A DNA stretch of 64,000 nt from Botryllus schlosseri (Eukaryota), in contig CM119371.1 of assembly GCA_051294905.1 (NCBI GenBank), forward strand, positions 19,718,001-19,782,000, written 5' to 3'. Within the stretch, counting starts at the first letter, position 1. Every line of letters begins with the position of its first letter. The notes below the pieces were generated by a model, which saw only the letters and a list, made by a program, of their open reading frames with translations, had not been told where the DNA came from and searched no databases. Of this stretch, positions 11,019 to 24,378 are shown piece after piece. The translations under genes were made by a program, and so were the position numbers.

Positions 11019-11976
11019 CAGTGTTGGGATGACTCGAGCCATGACTTGACTCGAGTCAGACTCGAGTCAACTTTTTCGCATGACTTGACTTGACTCGAGT
11101 CACTTTGGAAAAATGACTCGACTTGACTTGACTCGGAGCTTTAAAAATGCACATTGACTCGTGACTCGGAGCAAAATTTACGAGTCAATTTCAAGTCATC
11201 AAGTAAACGGTTCGAAAAAATCACTGTATCTTGTGTATGTTTGGATTGTTCGAGATACGCCGGTGTCACTTGTGAGAGCATCCAGTCACTCACTGATCGT
11301 ACGATACACTGATCCTCGATTGTTGGATCACAAATAAATAGACCGCAAACTAAAGTATCACAGCTTGCGCTGTCGAAGTAGTAGTAGTAGTAGTAGAAGA
11401 TTACTCTAAATAGCAATGTGTCTCTGTTTCTTAGACGGATCAATGCTTACGTTGCGCAGTGCTCACCTTTACCAACCTTTATGTATGATTTAAATCAAAC
11501 AAATATAGTTTGGGCGTTTATTTACTCACGGATGTATAGATGTTGATTATGTCCTATATTTTGGCTGATAATAACTGACTTTAGCATGTGACTGTACAGT
11601 TACTCACGTATTTTATTAACAGTTCTACGTGTGCGTGAGTGGCACAACGTCTTTTCGCAGGTATATTTAACTAGATATTCGTTATTTGATTCAAGATAAA
11701 TGATCAGCATTGATCAATTTATCTGTCTTTCACACAGCTAGCAAAGTGTAATGACTTTGAATCATCACTCATACATCGAAAATTCAATTTGACTTGAATT
11801 GTGACTTGACTCGTGACTTGACTTGACTTGACTCGAGTCACCTCCAAAAAACGATTGACTTGACTTGACTCGAGTCACTTTTGAAAATCGATTGACTTGA
11901 CTTGACTCGAGAGTCAAAATCTGCAATGACTCGAGATGACTCGTGACTCGAAGGTAGTGACTTGATCCCAACACTG
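11019..11976. mobile_element. hAT MITE with (GACTT)n/ACTCGAGT subterminal repeats
   Basis: TIR cagtgttgggat / atcccaacactg; TSD CTATAAAC (11011-11018, 11977-11984). Partial relatives at 23440-24781, 44600-44980 and 57270-57433. Confidence 0.88.
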
Positions 11977-12535
11977 CTATAAACTTCGGCTTCGCCCCCC
12001 GCCCCCTGCTGATGATTTCACGCCCCCAGTTCGAGAACGACTGCACTGAATTGTATATGCAATAGTATACATAGTATATTTTCTTGGTGATTGCTTTCCG
12101 AGCCGTGTGCAGCTTGAATTGCCTTGATGTTAGCGAAGCTTGCAGTTTCGTGTTTTTGTCATAAGACCGACTTCAATTAAAATCCTTAGTCTCGTCGACA
12201 TGCTCGGAAAAAACTAAAAGGAAGGGTATACCTCTGACTACAGTATACAAATATCCATTATCCAATGCTCTGAAGTCTAAACCTTCTTTGATTTTCAGTT
12301 TTTGGCTTTCTTTTTTTGGCATGCCCGTTAATCCTTTATGAGTGATCGATATGATGAGTCATATAGTAATCGACAGCACTGATTTACTCCTTTTACGAAT
12401 TAGGGATTTGGAAACGTATCACGTAACAATTTGAAACAAATACCGTATAATACGTAATGTAAAAATGGCAACAAAGAAGGTTATTTGAACTAAACTATAG
12501 GCCTAAGGAAAGAGTGATTTCTTGTGACTCTAATT

Positions 12536-13263
12536 CAGGGCCGGCCAACCCGTGGCCCGCGGGCCACATATGGCCCGCGAGAAGGTTTTGAGTGGCCCGC
12601 GAGGTAATTTCCGAAATTGGTAATGTTATCAAAAATGGATTGTACAGATTGTATTGTGAACTTGGAAGGCCAACCAAAAATTCGATTAGTCTGGAAGCAA
12701 CAATTGAGATGTAAGGACTAAAATATCAGTTCCGACGCATTGGCATTTCCACGAGCCAGTCACACTTGGTAGATCTTCGTACACTGCAATAAAGCAAAAT
12801 AATTTGCGATAAATTTATCAAAAGTAAATATAGTCTACACGCTTCGCGCAACATGTTGTCGCTCGATTTCTTGCTTTTAATATTGTTACTCCTTCATGAA
12901 AATGAAATAACGCCTAATGTATTAGATTGAGTCTAACTATATTCTCGATTACGAGACAAAGTGTCGTTCTACATATGCGACATTGCGTTTGCGCTCGCAG
13001 AAAGACCGTCGACTATGAAACCTAGGCACAAAATGATTGACCCATGTTGGTAGAAGCTTACGAAAATGATATGTCTAGGCCCTGAATAGTCCAGTCCTTG
13101 CAAACTGAGCTTAGCGATATACTGTAGGCCCGCAATATAATCAAATGACAATATTATTGAGCTATGAACTTCGAAAAATTTTCGCACTTCGCGCGGCTAG
13201 TGGCCCACGCAGTATTTCGTCAATCTAATGTGGCCCTTTGGCTGAAAAGGTGGGCCAGCCCTG
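12536..13263. mobile_element. hAT MITE (CAGGG-type)
   Basis: TIR cagggccggcc / ggccagccctg; TSD CTCTAATT (12528-12535, 13264-13271). Relatives at 36465-37142 and 24783-25209. Confidence 0.85.
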
Positions 13264-15572
13264 CTCTAATTGTTACTTATACTTTGTCACATTGCCTTTA
13301 TTTTGAATCTGAATTACGCATGCGAGGTACGTATAAGGACGCGTAATCGTGGCATATTAATGCACACTGCACAGGCTTCAAAGTAAACGAATTTCCTGTT
13401 CAGTTGATACAGCCTATGGTTTAGTCATTAATAAAGCAACTTTATTGTTTTTGAATTTCAAGCAACCTTTTGCGGGCCGCCATTGTATCGCATTTTTTGT
13501 GGTGTATTGAACTGATAAAATTGCTAATAAACCAATGATGAGTATACTATCGTTTTGGATGAATTTGCATCACTGTAACTCACAAGGCCGAGAACCATTT
13601 CGCCAAAAATATTTATATCTATATTAGGCAAGATGGCATTTTTCAATGCTACAGAAAGCTGAACAACAAACGAGAAAACTGAAATTGAAAAGAATTATTG
13701 CTTAATTGTGCACACTGAAATTTGATATAACCCCAAAAGCAAAACGTGATACACAATCGCAGATCCGTCCAGCAGAGGTAGATTGTAATGCCGAAAGCAT
13801 AGTTTCTCTGCATGCTCATTGCTCACCCAGTTAAACTCGTCATGTAATGGTAAATCTGTCGCGTATCGCCTTTGCGCCGTCGATTTCTTGAGATTGAGAA
13901 CACGGATCATGGAATTTCCAATATTTTTGAATTTTTTCATACATAAAATATCGGCCGCGATTTCGAAATTCGGTAAAGTTTCAAATAACGGCCTCGATAA
14001 TCGGCGTGGTCGATAATAAATCGTTCGACCTCTAATTTATTCGTCCAAGCGCCGAGCAATCCTGTCCATTGCTAAATAATCCCGGCGGTATATAGAGGCG
14101 ACCCGCAATATAGGCAAGTAACACTTGCTATTCGCCGAATTCATTCGTTAACTTTGAAGAACAAGACTTAAATGCACATTTACTTTTCATGACATGAATG
14201 CTACTGATTTTGATGGGTAGTACGAAAAGTCTTGTTTTCACTTCTACCTAATCCGGTTCGCGCCTAATGGACGTCTAAAAAAGGTCTTTAACATTCAATT
14301 GGTCCGCACAATGGTTCGTAAATCTCATGTGCTCCTTCGGCCGAAGAGGATGGCCGCCCCTGCTGTATAGGCTATGGTACTGATTACCGTACTGATGAAA
14401 CAGATATAATCGCATGCACCACATGATTGAAACCTCGGGATTATCTTATCAAACGTTATGCTTGCGGATTAGTAGTTTTAATCAAACGATTAGCATTCTT
14501 CCGGATCAGCTAACTTTATTATCTCCGCCCTTAGTCTTTAACATGAAATGTCGTATCGAGGGGGCTTACTTTATGGGCATTAGGCGTGTCTATTGTTCAT
14601 GCTTCCGAGTGGCGGCTTTGACACAGTAATGGAGAATTTGTATGAAATACCGACAACAGCATTATGAACTAGGCAATCTTACTCAAAAGGGTATATCCCT
14701 TTATAGGTGAACAACAGTTGCTGTCAAATCATTTGTGGATATGTGGTAGAAATGACTTGAGGATGCAGACTGAATGGGAAATATGAGTGTTGCCTTTGCC
14801 CCATAAAATTTGTCCTATGCATTCTGACGCCATCCATACATCCATACCATTCTCTCCGGGATAACAGTATGTTGACAGGAATTCCACTAAATTTACTGAT
14901 TGGCAGGCAGTGTTATTTTTGGCATTTCTTGAACCAAATGCCAAAACTGCCAAAAATAAAAATTTTAAAATTCCAAAAATAATGCTTTTTGAAAATATGT
15001 ATTTTTATGAACGTTTTAGATAGAAAAGCATTGAAATGAGTCTGCTTAATTCCTAAATTGGGTTCAGTGAACCCTTCGGAAGGCTGCGGTCTACCGTCCA
15101 AGCCAAGAGATCTATGTAATGCGTATGAAAATCTTAGGGTTTCACCAAAATGCGAGTATTGAGATCTGGATTTACGATGTACAGTGGATTGATCAACCCA
15201 GGTAGTAGATGATATCCAGCGATTAGGAAGAAGATAATCGCTGCCCGCAACAGGCGAGTGTTCGTTGATAATTAGCATATTTTGGAATCCGTGAATGAGA
15301 GCATTAATTTTCAGATGTAACGTAATCACTAGTCATTTTCCTGTTGTCCCCCCTAGTGCATTTTGTTACTTTCATGTAGCCGACACGCGCGACCCATACC
15401 GCATTTAGCTCAATGCGTAGGCATATATATATATTTCCATGTCTTTCTAGCTTGTTAATTCAAAATGTCAGCATATGGTACAATCAGCATTAATGGTCTG
15501 TGTCCCGTTGGACAACATGGATATGGTTTCATCAATTAACAATTGAACACACCTACTTACACAGGGTAAAAT

Positions 15573-16875
15573 CAGAGGTGGCCAGAGTAGTCAAGAAAGC
15601 TACTCAAGTAGAAGTAGAAGTAGCGACGAAAGAATCTACTCAAGTACAAGTATAAGTACTTCTTCCATAAGCAACCAAAAACTACTTGAAGTAGAAGTAG
15701 AATTGACCGACTTTAAAAGTACTCTAGTAAGTAAGTAGTTGTGAAAACGATGCTAATTCGTTCACATGGATTGTAAAAAGGTGCAAATTGAGCTATGCGA
15801 TACGTGACGAGCTTGATTCATATTGATACATACCAGCAGGCAGCAGGTATCCGATTTTCGATAGCATAAGCAATAGGCATCCGTCCACATCATGTGATGA
15901 AAATGATAGTATTGATATGGAAATGCGATGCTAATCCCCTGTTTTCTCGAACAGCACGTCTTAGAAAATAGCATGGTATAGCGCCATACCCCATATTATA
16001 AGGCCCGTAGTTAAGTCGAAGAGCAATACGGAGAAGTTGTATAGGATACGGTGTAAACACTTTGCGCGATTAGTAAACGTTGATAAAAAATATGGTGGAC
16101 CTTAAAAATGCCATATTGTGTAGCTTTATTTCCAGAAATTAAAGGCATTACTACACTTGCTTTTATACTTTAACATGTATGTTATCGAGACAAAAGAACT
16201 GATATTATTTATAACTCAAACTATATGATACTGGGAATTGAAAGTGAAATATAAATACTACTTCTAAAAGCAGAACATGTATTTCATGCTTTTAGTCCAG
16301 AAAGTTTCAAAGGTGGTATGCTAACATAGCTCTAAAACTAAAAAAAGTCAGAGTCCACATTTCCAAATTAGGACACGCCATGGAAATGTTAGATTACGAT
16401 ATGACAAGTAAATGCTAGATTGCGAAACATCAGTTTCAAATGTTATGATGACCCACATATACTGTGATGGATTATTTCGTATGGGTGACATGCGACAATG
16501 TGGTGTGAACGGAATCACGTCAACCCTCTACCTAAATTATATTCACCGATATTTTCGTGAAACCATACTGGTCACCCCGTATCCACTGCGCGCGAAGCGC
16601 GACGAAAATTCTGGGCTTTAGTAAACTTTTATGAAAATTAAATGTTGATACTCCGTAAAAACAGCTCCGAAATTCCTCGAGCTATCTTCCTGATTGGAAG
16701 ATTGCACTACTTCTACTTGACAAACTGAAAATAGCGAAAAGTAAGTAAGTAGGTCACAAAATATTACGAAGTAAAAGTAGCGAAAATCAGATCTACTTGA
16801 GTAAGTACCAGAAGTAGAGGAAAGCTACTTGAGTACTTCGAAAAAGTAGAAGTACTTCGTTACTGACCACCTCTG
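15573..16875. mobile_element. hAT element with AGTAGA/CTACTT subterminal repeats
   Basis: TIR cagaggtgg / ccacctctg; TSD GGTAAAAT / TGTAAAAT. Confidence 0.8.
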
Positions 16876-18124
16876 TGTAAAATGCCCCAGTCACCAAGAA
16901 GTAAGCCCCATCCATACTTAAAGGTTTACAAACAGTCAATCTGTTACTGTTTTGCTTGCCGGTTGGACATTTTTTCATATGATATTGAATAATAAAGCCG
17001 CTCGTGATTTCTAACCATTATCGAGTTTGCGGTTATAGCGAGTGACGGGCTGGTTAGGAACCACTGCTCTAAAATATGCGCATTTTTCTCTGACTAATCA
17101 TATTTAAATGTACCTCTTATCGCATGAAATCGCGTAGCGAAAATTTTCAAATTGATTACATCTCCTCCAACAAACGACCAACAAAATAATTTTGGGCCCC
17201 TTCGATCTCCTCCAATTGGGGGTTTGGTGCGGCAGTTACTCCTGTGTACATTATGCCCATTCGCTGTTCCACTCACGTCGCGAAACCCAATGAACTAATC
17301 CCGGATGTGTGATTGGGGTTTTAGTTCCACTATGGTGGGGAATAAAATAACTATTCTGGGCCAACTTCAAACAATTCTTTTGTGAATGGGAGACTACAGA
17401 GAAGTGGAGAATGAATTTTTTAATATGCCAGCTGTACCATATAGGAGAAACCGGGGACATAATTGCAACACTTCTTGTATTTTCTAACATTACGTGTTTT
17501 TCTCGTGGAAATTTAATTTCCAAATTTTTATATAAAGAAGCCAATACCTCGATAGTGGATATAGAAACTAAAATGGAGCTCAATCATCAATCACTCATGG
17601 AAATTTTGGGTAGCGAAAATCGCTGCTTAAATCTTACAATCGCCCCGTAGCCAGGGCCAATCGTACCACCACTTCCGGGCAATTATAACAGTGTTATTTA
17701 TAACTAAAATCAAACGAAATAAACAACTAAAACGGGAGCACAAATTGTATTATTGTATTAAACTAAATAAAGAGCTACGCCCATCGCATTTTTGGCATCT
17801 GAATACATTATAACTAGGGCTGCATTTAAAACAAACGGTGTTTTAGAACACTTTGTTTAAAACATGTTTTAAACAGTGCTTTAAACAGAGGCCTTTTTAA
17901 AAGAAACATATTTGTTCTTGTCTTCAGTTTTTCTGTGCGCAGAGACCGTGTCAGCACTGCGCAATTGCGCTCGTGCGCAGTAGGGTTGTGACTAGAAAAG
18001 AATCTAAATTTTGTGTGTCCTATAGTCACAAACCATGAACTTTTGTGTCCTGATTTCAACATTAACAGAAGTTGAGACAGGTTAAACAGAAATCTCCCGC
18101 CTAAAATTTTCCAGTTTCCACTGT

Positions 18125-18589
18125 TGAATATAGTATATTCATATTGAAATGAACCCGAATATTTTCGGCTGACACTCGTCAGGGGTAATCGTCAGCAACT
18201 AGTAGAGAATTCGAAAGAACGGCGTATATCAACAATCGTAACACAAAATATAACGCAACCAGCACGAAATGTCGAATACGAGAGCGTTCAATGTACTATT
18301 TTTAGATGATACGCGAACTCTTTTTGTTGACACGGCGTTGGCTGGTGTATTTTGATAAAAGTCGACTCCAAGGCACACAAATGAAAGTGTGAGCGACCCT
18401 TTCCGAGTATGCGAAATCTGTCGTCTCGATAATTTTTTGCACAGGCGGGATTATCCAACAAGTGTTTGGCAATTGCAGAATTTATGGCCTTTGATTGTTC
18501 GGCATCAATCTTGAGCGGATGAGTTAAGGGTTCATTTCAATATGAATATACTATTCAATTGTATATTGAAGTTCTGTACCTCAAAGAAG
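18125..18589 (-). mobile_element. Penelope-like element fragment (GIY-YIG C-terminus + pLTR, with inverted pLTR piece)
   Basis: Minus strand encodes SAIAKHLLDNPACAKNYRDDRFRILGKGRSHFHLCALESTFIKIHQPTPCQQKEFAYHLKIVH*. 18125-18156 is inverted relative to 18528-18559. 13-bp TSD CAGTTTCCACTGT (18112-18124, 18590-18602); the empty site is seen in the paralog near 9461. Confidence 0.85.
18153..18186 (-). ncRNA. Minimal type I hammerhead ribozyme in Penelope pLTR
   Basis: Minus strand ACCC-CUGACGA-G-UGUCAGC-C-GAA-AAUAUU-C|GGGU: intact core, 1-bp stem II, palindromic stem III (AAUAUU), stem I ACCC/GGGU. Confidence 0.7.
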
Positions 18590-19748
18590 CAGTTTCCACT
18601 GTATGAAGGATAGGCTTTTTTGCAGATACAGACTACATAATATATATACCAACTGATTTGAATATACCTGACGCAATTCCAATTGCGAAGATTTCAAATA
18701 GTATTTTGGTAAATTGTGATTGCCTAGATTGAATTAAGCCGATCGTTTTCGTGCCTACAGTCAAAATTTAATAATTAATAAATAATTATTAATTTCGATT
18801 TTAGATGTAGACTGTATACATCGTATACACTGTAAAAAATCTGGTAGATTTACTGGGAAATCTCTGTAAATTTTACAACGAATTACCGGTCGCAGCCAAT
18901 AACTGTGCGTAGCTTGTAATTTTACATTTTGATATGTGATATTACCGTAGTTTAGCTGTGAAGTCAAGTTGCCAGAATTTCCTCGCAAAATTACTGACAG
19001 TTACTCGTAACTGCAGTTTACAAGGCTATTGGGAAGATTGATTAGCTTCATAATCGCTGCAGCCTATATATACGTGGAAATGAATGTTACTGATATATCA
19101 TTCTCGTGGTGATTTGACTTGATTCAACCTCGTTCGCGAAACTGGGGTCTGTCGTACGGAAATTGTTGGCCCTATAGTACCAATTTCAGTATAGTACATA
19201 GTAAGTAGGGTACAAGAAACAACTGACAATCGTAGCTAATGTAGTTACACCATAGCCATTATAATATATTATAAGGCTATATGGCTATACGGCCGTTCTC
19301 GCTGGTTACATTCGTTGTTACGGATACGGCTGATAAGTTAGAAAATCAGTTTAGGATGTATAATATTGTTCGGGAAACTAGAAATATCAGCACCGCATGC
19401 TCAGTTGACCATTTGCTAATGGCGGACAAGGCGACCTGTAATAGGTTACAATAGGTTACCGTTACGCGTTACTGGTTTTCTGAGATTTGTAGTAAACAGC
19501 CAACGCACAACTGTGACATCACAAGGAGCGTCTCGTTTAGTAAGTACAGAAAGTAGTGAACAACACTTGGGATAAATATCAATTTATACGAAATTAGACG
19601 GAAAAGAAAGGAACTATATGTACTGATAAATGTTTCTGTATGAAAGAGAAATAACTTAAGTCAAACATTATAACGTGGCCAGCAAATATTATTGGTGGCA
19701 TGTCAGCGGATGAATACGACTTATTTCGAAATCGTTCGAGTGTCGTAT

Positions 19749-21480
19749 CATAGTGTCCTATATGGTGTCGACACAAGCGAATCCCACGGTTCAATGAAAT
19801 TGTATCACGTCACAGTTTCCATTTGGCTACAGGCAATTTGACGGTCATTTTTGACCGGCTTGCCGAGCATTAAATTTGATGAATTGGGTATCAATCGAAA
19901 GCTGACGCTGTACTGCTTGCGAAAATATAAATTTTATTTCACTCATGGCCCTGGAACCCCCACAATCAGCCCCAAATTATTCATTGTCGAGTAGATTGGC
20001 AGTGTGACGCAACAATGCTGTCTGGCGAAACGAGAGACTAGCTCAAGAGCAAGGATGCGGCCGAGCGGCGAGAGTGGGATCAGCTGACGTCGCGGCAATA
20101 GCAATGTGCAACCGCGCCACAGAGAAACGCTGCGCTGTTGATACTTTTTCTATGCGCTTCGGTACAAGCGAGCACACACCAGCCTTTCCCTGACTTGTAA
20201 GGGTAGAACTGGGTCCACAGAATGTATTAGGGCCCTACCAATTTTCGCGCAATATCCTTCAGCTGATAGAGATATGTAGGCTACGTCTAAGTAGTCTACA
20301 TTGGAGATGTCAGATTATGATGATATTGATTGCCTTAGCCCGCTTGTTGCGTAGGGCTCCAGAGACACGTCGCGCTGTTGATGGCGGGTGTCGATACTTT
20401 CTATAGTCGCTTTCATGGTTAAGTGTGAGCAAGGAGCATTGAGCATGAGCATACATTACAAGCTTTTATTTTATCCGTATGGGTAGGACTTGGTCCGCGA
20501 ATGCAGCAGGTAAAATGTTGATTGTTGAATAAGTTTAACAGCAGGAGTGTCGAATTAAACTGGTATCGCTGTCCGGATTCAATCCGTTACTAGAAAGCTT
20601 GCGGGACATACCTGCCAAATGATTCCAAAATGTTACCACCAAATTCATACCTTTGTTTTTCACTGGAATATAATCTGATATCACTATAAACGTTGACGTT
20701 GGAATTTGGTTTAGCATTTTTCAATCACCAAACAGTTTTTTTTTTAATGCCGGGGACCTTTTGCGTCAAAAGTAATACAGTGGTATCACAGATATTTGAA
20801 TTATATTCATTCTGTAGCCTGTATTTATATTCCTAATGTAACTTACGTAAAACGGATTTGCATTATTTTTTCGCATCTGTGAATAACTGAATGTCCATTG
20901 TCCATTCGGCCCAACAGAGTTTGCACTTTTTCGCCTTCTCGGAATTTGGTGTCAAGGTCACCGACGTGGTGCTTATGGGGACTAGAGTGAAAACTCAACA
21001 CTGTAGTTGTATTACTACAATATGATATATTTACATTATCTAAATTTGCTGTCTTGAGTGAATCTTATTACTTGAAAGTATATTTTTCTTACTAGAAATA
21101 TCTCTATCAGATGAAGGATATTGCGCGAAAATTGGTAGGGACCAAATACATTCTGTGGACCCAGTTCTACCCTTACAAGTCAAGGAAAGGCTGGTGTGTG
21201 CTCGCTTTTAGCGAAGCGCCTATAGAAAGTATCAACAGCGCCACGCATCTCTGGAGCCCTACGCAACAAGCGGGCTAAGACAATCGATATCATAATAATC
21301 TGACATATCCAATGTAGACTACTTAGACGTAGCCTACATATCTCTTATCAGCTGAAGGATATTGCGCGAAAATTGGTAGAACAAGTGATTTGTGGTACAG
21401 AACTTCAGAATAACGCGAAACAATAACTTCATATTGATAATAACTTCATATTGTTAATAATAACAAAAACAAACAACTAC

Positions 21481-21516
<36 letters not shown>

Positions 21517-22006
21517 GTAGGGCCCTAATACATTCTGTGGACCCAGTTCTACCCTTACAAGTCAAGGAAAGGCTGGTGTGTGCTCGCTTGTACCGAAGCG
21601 CATAGAAAAAGTATCAACAGCGCAGCGTTTCTCTGTGGCGCCGTTGCACATTGCTATTGCCGCGACGTCAGCTGATCCCACTCTCGCCGCTCGTCCGTAT
21701 CCTTGCTCTTGAGCTAGTCTCTCGTTTCGCCAGACAGCATTGTTGCGTCACACTGCCAATCTACTCGACAATGAATAATTTGGGGCTGATTGTGGGGGTT
21801 CCAGGGCCATGAGTGGAATAAAATTTATATTTTCGCAAGCAGTACATCGTCAGCTTTCGATTGATACCCGATTCATCAAATTTAATGCTCGGCAAGCCGG
21901 TCAAAAATCACCGTCAAATTGCCTATAGCCAAATGGAAACTGTGACGTGATACAATTTCATTGAACCGTGCGATTTGCTTGTGTCGACACCATATAGGAC
22001 ACTATG
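19749..22006. mobile_element. Foldback element with long TIRs, P/Galileo-like
   Basis: About 490-bp near-perfect TIRs (19749-20238 vs 21517-22006), extended by internally duplicated ~250-bp modules; ends CATAGTG / CACTATG; 7-bp TSD GTCGTAT (19742-19748, 22007-22013). Confidence 0.85.
21479..21515. repeat. (TAG)n microsatellite at the end of a ~135-bp insertion in the right foldback arm
   Basis: About 11 TAG units; the insertion is flanked by GGTAG on both sides. Confidence 0.85.
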
Positions 22007-23925
22007 GTCGTATCGTTATCTGACCATTATTGAGATTTGAGCAAAGGGTGATGCGAAGCTTGTTGTGCTTGAAGAAAGTGGACACGATCGTGGAAGATTC
22101 CTAGGAACGCTGAATGGGATACGCATCGTAAAAGGTACAGTACTACATAGTACTTGTTACCGTGAATATCTGCGACTGTGCAATGTGCACACCACTTTGA
22201 TTTCATGATTGAAATATTTCATTCTCCGCATTCTCTGTTCTATTTTGGGATACTAGTCGACTTATCTAGTGACCTGTGACACCACATACTCCGCCACGGA
22301 GGAGTTGAAACTGTTGGCTTGTTTATGTCATTTTCGGGCCATAGCATAGAGATGTTTTCATCCACTGCTGGATTTGTTTGGCACACATGCCACCTCATAT
22401 CCAGAGTGGAATTGGTGAGGATGAGGAACCTTTTGCTTCAATACATTGATAAAGTAAGTCATGAATCTCTGCTATATCATGTACAAGGCGGAGCCTTCAT
22501 CACACAATGTACCAGTACCGGTACTTCAAAACATGTTACCGTATATTTTTGTTTGCCTATTTGTCTTGGTAGTCTTTATAATGTCATGTCTAGGTTAGGA
22601 ACTTTGCTTTATATAGCGACTTACTCATGAATTCTTTTTAGTGGAACTGCAAGATACTAGTTACACAGAAGGAATGAGGAAGATAAAAAGAAACAATTGG
22701 AAGTTTCGCCGGTGGTGGAATTAATTCTCCTTTTCTTGCGACCGCTCGTGTTACTGCATGTCTCCTAAAGAAGAATTAGACCTCCAGCAGCAATTCTTTT
22801 CCATCGATTACCACTTCATCGTGATATCAAGAATGAATATACAGTTTCTTCCAATGTCGTTTTGGGAGTGTGAAGAAAATTTTGCGATATTTTAGCATCG
22901 GGTTGCTTTGCGATAGGTATGGGTGTACGTGAATTTACAAGCTGGTATGTATCCTGATTTGCAGGGACAGCATGTAAGTAGGTAGGTAGGTAGGTGGGTA
23001 GGCGGTCTCGGTCTCAAATGTACAGGAGAACATGTAGATTGGATATATCCGGAGGGGACTGTAACCGCTGTCTGTCGTGTAAAGTGAGATTACCGGACGA
23101 GTGTAAGTTGGATTTGCATTGACCAACGGTAATGTTAGATTACCACGAAATGTCTGGCTACCGTGCTTCCAAACATTTCGCGGTAAATCGAGGTTTTTAT
23201 TTTTTACAGTGTACTTTCAATTTGTCTCACACAAATCGATCTGGTTGTTCGAAAAAACGAAAGTAGAACAAATCAACATACTTTCAGCGTTCCAGAAAAC
23301 CGATTAGAGGAATATGATGAAAATTTGAAAATGTCATATCATATGTGACTCAGCATCTGTTGATACTGGGCGGCGGAATGGCGTTGTTGTGAAACTACAA
23401 ATTGCAATGATAAACAAGGTTTTTCATGAGCCACAATAGGTCAGACTCGAGTCAATTTTTCGCATGACTTGACTTGACTCGAGTCACTTTGCTAAAATGA
23501 CTTGACTTGACTTGACTCGGCCTATCATAAATGCGAATTGACTCGTGACTCGGAGCAAAATTCACGAGTCAATTTCAAGTCATCAAGCAATCACTGTCGA
23601 TGAAAATCCAGTATCTTGCATATGTTCGGATTGTTCGCGCAACGCTGGTGTAACCCGCGAGAGTGAGCAATCATTCAATGATCGTGCGTTTTACTGAGCC
23701 TCCATTGTTCTCTCACAAATATATTGATCGCAAACGAAGTGATCGAAGCTTACAACCTACGTTGTCGTAAACTATAGTATAGTAAAGTAATTTAATACCA
23801 AAATGTCTATTTCTGTTCTGTGTACTTAACTTAACAAAATCTATTGTTTTATTGCAATTGAATTCGAAAATACTTTACATAGTTATCAACCATTGGCGCA
23901 GGCTCGAATTGTATCATATCAATTT

Positions 23926-24378
23926 ATATATATATATAGGTCTAGCTCTGTCTGCGTTCAGACTTAGAGCACCATCACCGAGGTGATGGAAGCAGCCTAT
24001 CCATCAAAAAAGAGAGCATCAAAGATTTAAGTTATAAATTAAATTTCCCTTGAAAGTGCTGCTTTTGAGACTGTCCTGATGTCGGTGTCGTTCCGATTGA
24101 GGACATTGTTCATCAGCGTTGCGGAGGGTCTTCCTTTTTTCGTTCTCCTTTCATCTTCAAACGTTATTGAACTTCACGACACTGTCATTATGTTTTCGAA
24201 TTATGTGTGCAAGAAATTTAGCTTGTTGGTGATCAATGAATGCTGAAAGGCCTTCAGTGCGACAAATTCTATGAAGATTCTGATTGCTAATTTTGAATGC
24301 GCGATCGGTTCCCCTTCGAGTGTAGCCTCCGTTTGCAAAAGGGTAATGTATTGCATCTTATCAATTCGTTTCTCTATT
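23926..24378 (-). mobile_element. 5'-truncated RTE-like non-LTR retrotransposon
   Basis: Minus frame NGGYTRRGTDRAFKISNQNLHRICRTEGLSAFIDHQQAKFLAHIIRKHNDSVVK / TFEDERRTKKGRPSATLMNNVLNRNDTDIRTVSKAALSREI*, the typical post-RT C-terminus with GHIxR-like and RGRP-like motifs. Short 3' UTR and (TA)n tail. Confidence 0.7.

Larger units (their letters stand above)
18828..23211. mobile_element. CACTG-ended (CACTA/EnSpm-like) non-autonomous element
   Basis: TIR cactgtaaaaaat / attttttacagtg with a TA duplication; subterminal ttaccg/cggtaa motifs; single TA at the empty site in the paralog near 9697. Confidence 0.85.

Noticed and set aside
14729..15329. ORFs 14729-14953 and 14913-15329 as host genes
   Set aside because: The region is repeated near 27590-28320 and at best resembles a decayed hAT transposase fragment; no consistent exon chain.
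22010..22870. Possible coding remnants inside the first CACTG element
   Set aside because: Fragmentary frames with stops and no motif I can support.
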